In this document: piece by piece, positions 33,831 to 39,653 of the stretch
Layout of the letters: each line of letters starts with the position of its first letter
How positions within the stretch are numbered: the stretch's first letter is position 1
Assembly (NCBI RefSeq): GCF_001194135.2
Contig: NC_069005.1
Span: 18,079,588 to 18,119,240, forward strand
DNA length: 39,653 nt
DNA from: Octopus bimaculoides
Taxonomy: Eukaryota
Direction of reading: 5' to 3'
Made by a program: the position numbers and the translations under genes
The notes under the pieces: model-generated
What the model saw: the letters and a program-made list of their open reading frames with translations, nothing else
The model's database searches: none
Told to the model about the DNA's origin: nothing

Positions 33831-34669
33831 ACATAAATATATATATATANNNNNNNNNNNNNNNNNNNNNNNNNNNNNNNNNNNNNNNNNNNNNNNNNNN
33901 NNNNNNNNNNNNNNNNNNNNNNNNNNNNNNNNNNNNNNNNNNNNNNNNNNNNNNNNNNNNNNNNNNNNNNNNNNNNNNNNNNNNNNNNNNNNNNNNNNNN
34001 NNNNNNNNNNNNNNNNNNNNNNNNNNNNNATATATGTATATATATATATATATATATATACCATAAAAACCCATGTAATTTACACAGGTGATTTTCAGGA
34101 TAAAAACTGTTAGAAAAAAGTTTATACTCGTGTAGAATTCGCACCCAAAAGTTTTCAGAATTGTCAATATGGCCAGAGGGAAAGTGTTTACAATTTAGTT
34201 GTATTTAGCATAAGTTAACTTACTTATGATTAGATTTTATTAAATTTTCATTACATAAAAATAATTTCTGTTTAAAAGCTATTAAATTACAAAGTATTTG
34301 TATTGTCTTCTATAAAAATAAAAATCCGTTTTGCTCACTTGGCATATCCTCACTCAGTATACCCTCTCCTTCTTTCAACAATGTCAGTCCACTTTACTCA
34401 CTTGCCAAACCTTCCCTTCACGTTAGTGTTCTAATAAAAATAAGTACATGAAAAATATGATGCTGACATCTGTATGTGTGTATGTGTGTGTGCATGTGTG
34501 TGTGTGTGCACATGCGTGTATGTGTAATTGTATGACACTACATGTTTAAGTGATTTTATGTGTATGTAACAGCATGAGGCTCTGTGTTTGTGTGTCTCCT
34601 CATAACTGTGAGTTTAACCATAAATAACTAAAGTATCATTTCACAAATTGTGAGCAGACGGTAATTGAA

Positions 34670-34915
34670 CCATACTCGATGACTGGTACCTGTGCCAGTG
34701 GAGCACTAACAGCACTGTCTGAGAGTGTACATTGCCAGAGCAGCTGTCTGGCTTCCGTGCTAGTAGTCCGTAAATAGCACCATTTGAGCATAATCGTTAC
34801 CAGCGTCACCTTCTAGCACTTCTGCTGGTGGCACATAAAAAACACCTTTTTGAGCGTGGCCGTTACCAGTACTGCCAGACTGGCCCTCATGCCGGTGGCA
34901 TGTAAAAGCACCCAC
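34670..34915 (+). mobile_element. RTE 3' UTR repeat fragment
   Basis: Several tgc(t/c)ggtggca(c/t)..taaaa(a/g)cacc units. Confidence 0.7.
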
Positions 34916-35015
34916 NNNNNNNNNNNNNNNNNNNNNNNNNNNNNNNNNNNNNNNNNNNNNNNNNNNNNNNNNNNNNNNNNNNNNNNNNNNNNNNNNNNNN
35001 NNNNNNNNNNNNNNN

Positions 35016-35050
<35 letters not shown>

Positions 35051-35313
35051 ACAGCTATTTTCATAATATCTTAACTATTCGAACTTCATGTTGAACGACG
35101 ATAACATAGGCTGAGCATGCTATCATCGGAATGGAGCGGTTAAACAGATGTAGTAGCAGAAGAACATTACTCATCAGTGATATTAATATTATTATAGTTC
35201 ATTTTCTCTATAAAGGGAAGAGCAATCTAATTAAAAATCCAATTAAAATATGTATTCAGTTTTAATTGGATTGTTCCTCCATTTTTAGACAAAATGAAGT
35301 ATGATATATATGC

Positions 35314-35354
<41 letters not shown>

Positions 35355-35435
35355 AGGTTGAAAAGGAACACAGGAGTTGATATGTATAAGGAAAAAAGTC
35401 AAGGTAGAAAATGCTAAAATAATTTTATCATAAAA

Positions 35436-35485
35436 AACATTTTAGTACCGGTTTCAGTCATTGAGACTTTTTCAACTCAAAGTTT
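35436..35485 (-). ncRNA. Degenerate hammerhead-like motif, U3-A8 core variant
   Basis: Minus strand ..ctttgag TTGAAAA GTC tcaat GAC T GAAA C CG GT A ctaaaatg; palindromic stem III ACCGGT; stem I and the stem II junction are imperfect. Confidence 0.55.
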
Positions 35486-35899
35486 ACTAAAAGAATATTT
35501 GCATAGTATTCAAATACAGGGGGAATTTTTCTTGTTTCTGCCTGTCTCTGTCTCTCTTGTTTACTCTTGTGGGGTCGAGGTCATTGTGAATTCTTGCCAG
35601 AGAAGAAGAAGAAGAACAAGAAAAAAAAGAATGTGAGAGTTGTATTATAGCAGTAGGATGTTAAATGGTCAAATGCCCTGAAAGTGACTTGGCGTGGATG
35701 GTAGTAGTGATTGTGTTTATTCTAAACAGCAGTACTAGTAAAGTAAGGAAGGAGGTGGCGGAGAGGAAGAAGACGATGAAGGAGAAGGAGAAAAAGAGAA
35801 AGAATAATACAAGAATGCAGGAGTGGTATGATAGTAGTATGATGTTAAATGGTCAAGTGACCTAAAAGTGGCTCGTTGTGGATTATAGTAGTGATTGGG

Positions 35900-38880
35900 A
35901 CTGTTTGTAATGAATTCTTGAGGGCCCAGACGAATGAAGATCAACCAAGAAATTAGCAAAATGACCCAAGGCCCCGACTAAGAGAAGATCTCCAAACTAT
36001 GGAAAGAGGATTTTGATAAAGAAGAACTGAAATCCCTCCAACGCTGGGAGAAAAGCGCCTCTTTGTTCTCAAACTATGAAACCATATTTCAAACAGAGCA
36101 CGCTTCCAAAAACCCTTTCCTGAAATTAAGAAAATCAAAACAACACTCAAACACTGATTCACACCTGTCTAAAAATCGGAACCATCACTGCTACCAAAGA
36201 AAAGAATACAAGACCTAACCCTAACTTTGTAAGCCACCAGCAATACAATATCGGGAGTACCCCAACTTCAAACAGAGAAAGGAAAAGTCACTACCCGCAG
36301 GATAGACATTGCAACTTCCCCCCCCCCATAAGGAGTTACCAACGAAATTTTCATTCCAACAATCTACTAAACATCCATACACAACAAACCCGTACCACAC
36401 GCAATAATTACCATTGACGGCCCCATAAAACACCACATCCGAACATGGGATATCGGGACACACCTTTCAATACCCTTCCAAGAACATGCACCATAAATCA
36501 CAATAGGGCACCCCGCAACACCAAGAAATAACTACATAACAGCTACCGTTCCAATCACCTCATTTTTTAAACCCAATACGCAAACACAGAGACACAAGAT
36601 AGCACCAAACAGAGAGGAGGAACCAAAAGTGATAAAAAATTATCAATCTAACTCACAAAGAACTAACAGCAAACCAAATCAACATACTCTCCAAAGGGCT
36701 CAGGTTTACACCCACCCCCACCTCACTAACGCCCCAACTGAATGAAATGAAAGAAGATGTCGCAGAATTCTGTAGAAAATTATGACTTGCTGAGGAGCTA
36801 TACAACAAATACAACAAGGACAAATCATTAGTCCAAAATAGAAGTAACTACACCCCTTCAAAATGTAAGAACAAAACTCTTGATCATTTCTGTAAATACA
36901 TCTCAAATTATCCATTCTAACAGATACACAAACAAAAACACAAACCAAACTTCAGCAAAAAAGAATGGGCTGAGCTGAAGAAATTAAAAGATGATAAAAC
37001 AATAACAATCAAAGAGGCTGATAAAGGGAGTGCAGTTGTCTTAATGGACACGGTATACTATATAACTCTAGGACTATCCATATTGTGAAAAGGTCCAACA
37101 CTACAGAAAATAACAAGAAACTTAAAATTCATGTTAAACCTAAACAGAGAAGGGCTCACCGACAAGGAATACGACTACATGACCAATTTCAAAACTAAAT
37201 CCAGTCAATTCTACGGTATTCCTAAGATACACAAAAGTAAAAAAATAATTAACGCATGCAGGATAGCCACAGACATAATAATCAAAGTTCCTACTCCCAA
37301 TGACCTCAAATTGAGACCTATAATAGCATGTCCCACATGCGAAACCCACTGCCTCAGTAAATTTTTATATGCCGTCTTAAAAACCATTCCTCAAGCATAT
37401 CAAAAGCTACATAAGGGACGACCTGGATATGCTCAATCACCTCCCTGAAACAATAAACAAAAACACCCTATCAGTATCCTTCGATGTAGTCAACCTCTAT
37501 TCTAATATCCCCCACAACCTAGGAATGGAGGAAATTCACTTCTGGCTAGAAAATGAACTCCCATATTGCAAAAAAGAATTTGTAATAGAAGGGTTAAAAT
37601 TCATCTTGGAGAATAACTATTTTGTCTTCAAAGACAATTTCTATCGACAAAAATTGGGGACTGTGATGGGTACAAGAATGGCCCCCTCCTCTGCTAACCT
37701 AGTCATCAGATATCTTAAAATCAGTCTTTATCGTAAGGTGCTCGAAAAATACGGCAACCCATTCTCCCTCTACATAAAAAATAACTGGAAGAGATATCTG
37801 GATGACTGTTTCATTCTTTGGCATGAAATTATAGAGAGAAAGAATTTCAAGCACATATAAGTAGACTTGACGTAAACATTCAATTTACGATGGAATATAG
37901 CCATTAACAACTTCCTTTCCTTGACATCTTCATTAAGAAATCTAACAATGTAGTAGAAACAGATATATACTATAAGCCCACGAACTCCAAGCAATATCTA
38001 CTGTTCAACTCATGCTACCCCAGACACACTAGAATGAATATCCCTTTCAACCTAGCAAAAAGGATTTGTACTATAGTTTCTAATACAAGCACCAGGGGCA
38101 CAAGACTACATGAACTAAAGGATACACTAATCACCAGGAACTACCCACCATCACTAATTGACATATGCCTTACAACTCAACATCCACGAACTCAGACATC
38201 CCAAATTAAAGAAGGATTTACAACTAAAACTCCCACCATACATCTCCATACACAACCCTCTAAACAATGAAGCCTTCGACAACTTCCTCCAAAACATTCC
38301 CCTATTAAAAAGGGACCACAGAATGAATTTAATTCTTCAAATGCACACCATCATAAAAAGCAAGAGACAGCCCAAATCTATGCAAAGTCTCCTAACACAA
38401 GCCCGAATTCGCCTAACAACAACACTGAAGCCGTCAGCAAAAAAATGCGGAAAACTTAACTGAGGCATATGCATTAATCTAATTGAGGGAGCAGAGTTCT
38501 CTTTCAAACAGGGTCAATATTCCACAGCGAAAAGCAACTTCACATGTGCTTCAGAGAACCTGATATATGTATTAACCTGCTCTGGGTGTCAAGAGCAATA
38601 CATAGGCCAAACAAAAAACAGTAAAAGCCAAAGGATGGCTCTGCATAGACCCCAGATCAAAATTCCGAAAACAGAAAAATAGCGTTCGGCGAACCCATCA
38701 ACATTTGTGCCAATAACAAACAACCGAGCTTCAGAATCTTTCCCCTCTATCAATTCAGGGACAATACAACCTGTAGTCAGCATATCAGTAGAGTCATTCA
38801 TTATCACAAAATACCAACCTCTTTTGAATGCATCTACAACAAATGACACTGTCACAAGGGCCTTAGAATAACACACACAA
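35900..38880 (+). mobile_element. Near full-length Penelope-like element (RT plus C-terminal GIY-YIG), disrupted
   Basis: IKEADKGSAVVLMD, FYGIPKIHK, LRPIIA, SFDVVNLYSNIPH, GTVMGTRMAP, WKRYLDDCF (37795-37806), NIPFNLAKRICTIV, CASENLIYVLTCSGCQEQYIGQT (38545-38613). Confidence 0.92.
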
Positions 38881-38904
38881 ATATTAAAAACCATATATTC
38901 AAAA

Positions 38905-39653
38905 CAATCACCTCAAGAATGAGAATTGGTCAGTGCTGGTGTGTGTGTGGTGGTGTGTTGTGTTGTGATGTGTAGCGTGGTGTGGGGTGATCGTGTTAGG
39001 AGGTGGGGGAGGCGAAACTGGGGAAAGCACGGGTGGGGTGTAAGTTAGGCTAGGGGTGGGGTAGAGGTGGGGTATGTGTGTAGGCAGAGGTTGGGGGTAG
39101 GTGGAGTATGTGAGAGAGGGTGTAGNNNNNNNNNNNNNNNNNNNNNNNNNNNNNNNNNNNNNNNNNNNNNNNNNNNNNNNNNNNNNNNNNNNNNNNNNNN
39201 NNNNNNNNNNNNNNNNNNNNNNNNNNNNNNNNNNNNNNNNNNNNNNNNNNNNNNNNNNNNNNNNNNNNNNNNNNNNNNNNNNNNNNNNNNNNNNNNNNNN
39301 NNNNNNNNNNNNNNNNNNNNNNNNNNNNNNNNNNNNNNNNNNNNNNNATGTCTCGGAGGTGTTCTGCGAACCGGTCACCCAAGCGGCGCCCCGTTTGTCC
39401 GATGTACAGAGAATGGCAGAGAGAGCAGGAGATGCAATAGATGATATTGCAGGTGAAGGAGTCAGTGATGCGATAGGGTTGATGATGGGTGACGGTGAGG
39501 AGGGTGGTGTCGGAGAGGTAAGGGCAAGTGCGGCAGCATGGGCAGGAGCAAGGGAACGAGCCAGGTTGGGAGGTTGGGTTGGGGAAGACGCTGTGGACCA
39601 AGAGGTCTCGTAGGTTATGGGCTCGTTTGAAGGAGGGGTGGGGTCGGTTAGGG
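38905..39653 (-). mobile_element. Neptune-like PLE 3' portion (linker and GIY-YIG), convergent with the previous element
   Basis: PGSFPCSCPCCRTCPYL..FTCNIIYCISCSLCHSLYIGQTGRRLGDRFAEHLRD. Confidence 0.88.

Noticed and set aside
34075-34110. Minus-strand CTGAAAA followed by a hairpin, hammerhead-like
   Set aside because: C3/A8 mismatch and no downstream GAAA or stem III.
35650-35915. Diverged ~180-bp direct repeat upstream of the PLE ORF
   Set aside because: Low identity, in a purine-rich low-complexity 5' region; no further structure seen.
1950-39613. Long ORFs containing runs of X (for example 14757-15908, 2992-3831, 23436-24314, 39101-39613)
   Set aside because: They are open only because they cross N gaps or microsatellites.

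Overview
AT-rich, gap-containing animal genomic window. The SINE/RTE/Penelope repeat complement suggests a coleoid cephalopod, most likely Octopus (inference). The whole window lies inside a minus-strand gene. Eight GT-AG exons (33353-33493, 31475-31565, 20514-20587, 11114-11245, 10074-10190, 8543-8584, 1481-1557, 984-1053) splice into one open 248-codon frame resembling the N-terminal/PPR-adjacent region of mitochondrial RNA polymerase (POLRMT). The introns hold decayed mobile elements: RTE-clade LINEs, an R4/Dong LINE, several Penelope-like elements (PLEs), a hAT-like transposon with long TIRs, MITEs, a solo LTR, Gypsy/Helitron/mariner fragments and tRNA-derived CORE-type SINEs. Highlights: (1) an apparently intact type I hammerhead ribozyme at the tip of a 135-nt rod in a ~350-bp structured, ORF-less unit (retrozyme/circRNA candidate, 15782-16143); (2) a tandem-plus-inverted array of a 299-bp unit carrying a tRNA-like Pol III cassette that can form a ~265-bp hairpin (7017-7686); (3) a repeated H-type pseudoknot motif with compensatory changes in RTE 3' UTRs; (4) two further degenerate hammerheads, one a U3-A8 variant. 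All assignments come from manual reading and remembered family motifs; no database searches or folding programs were run.
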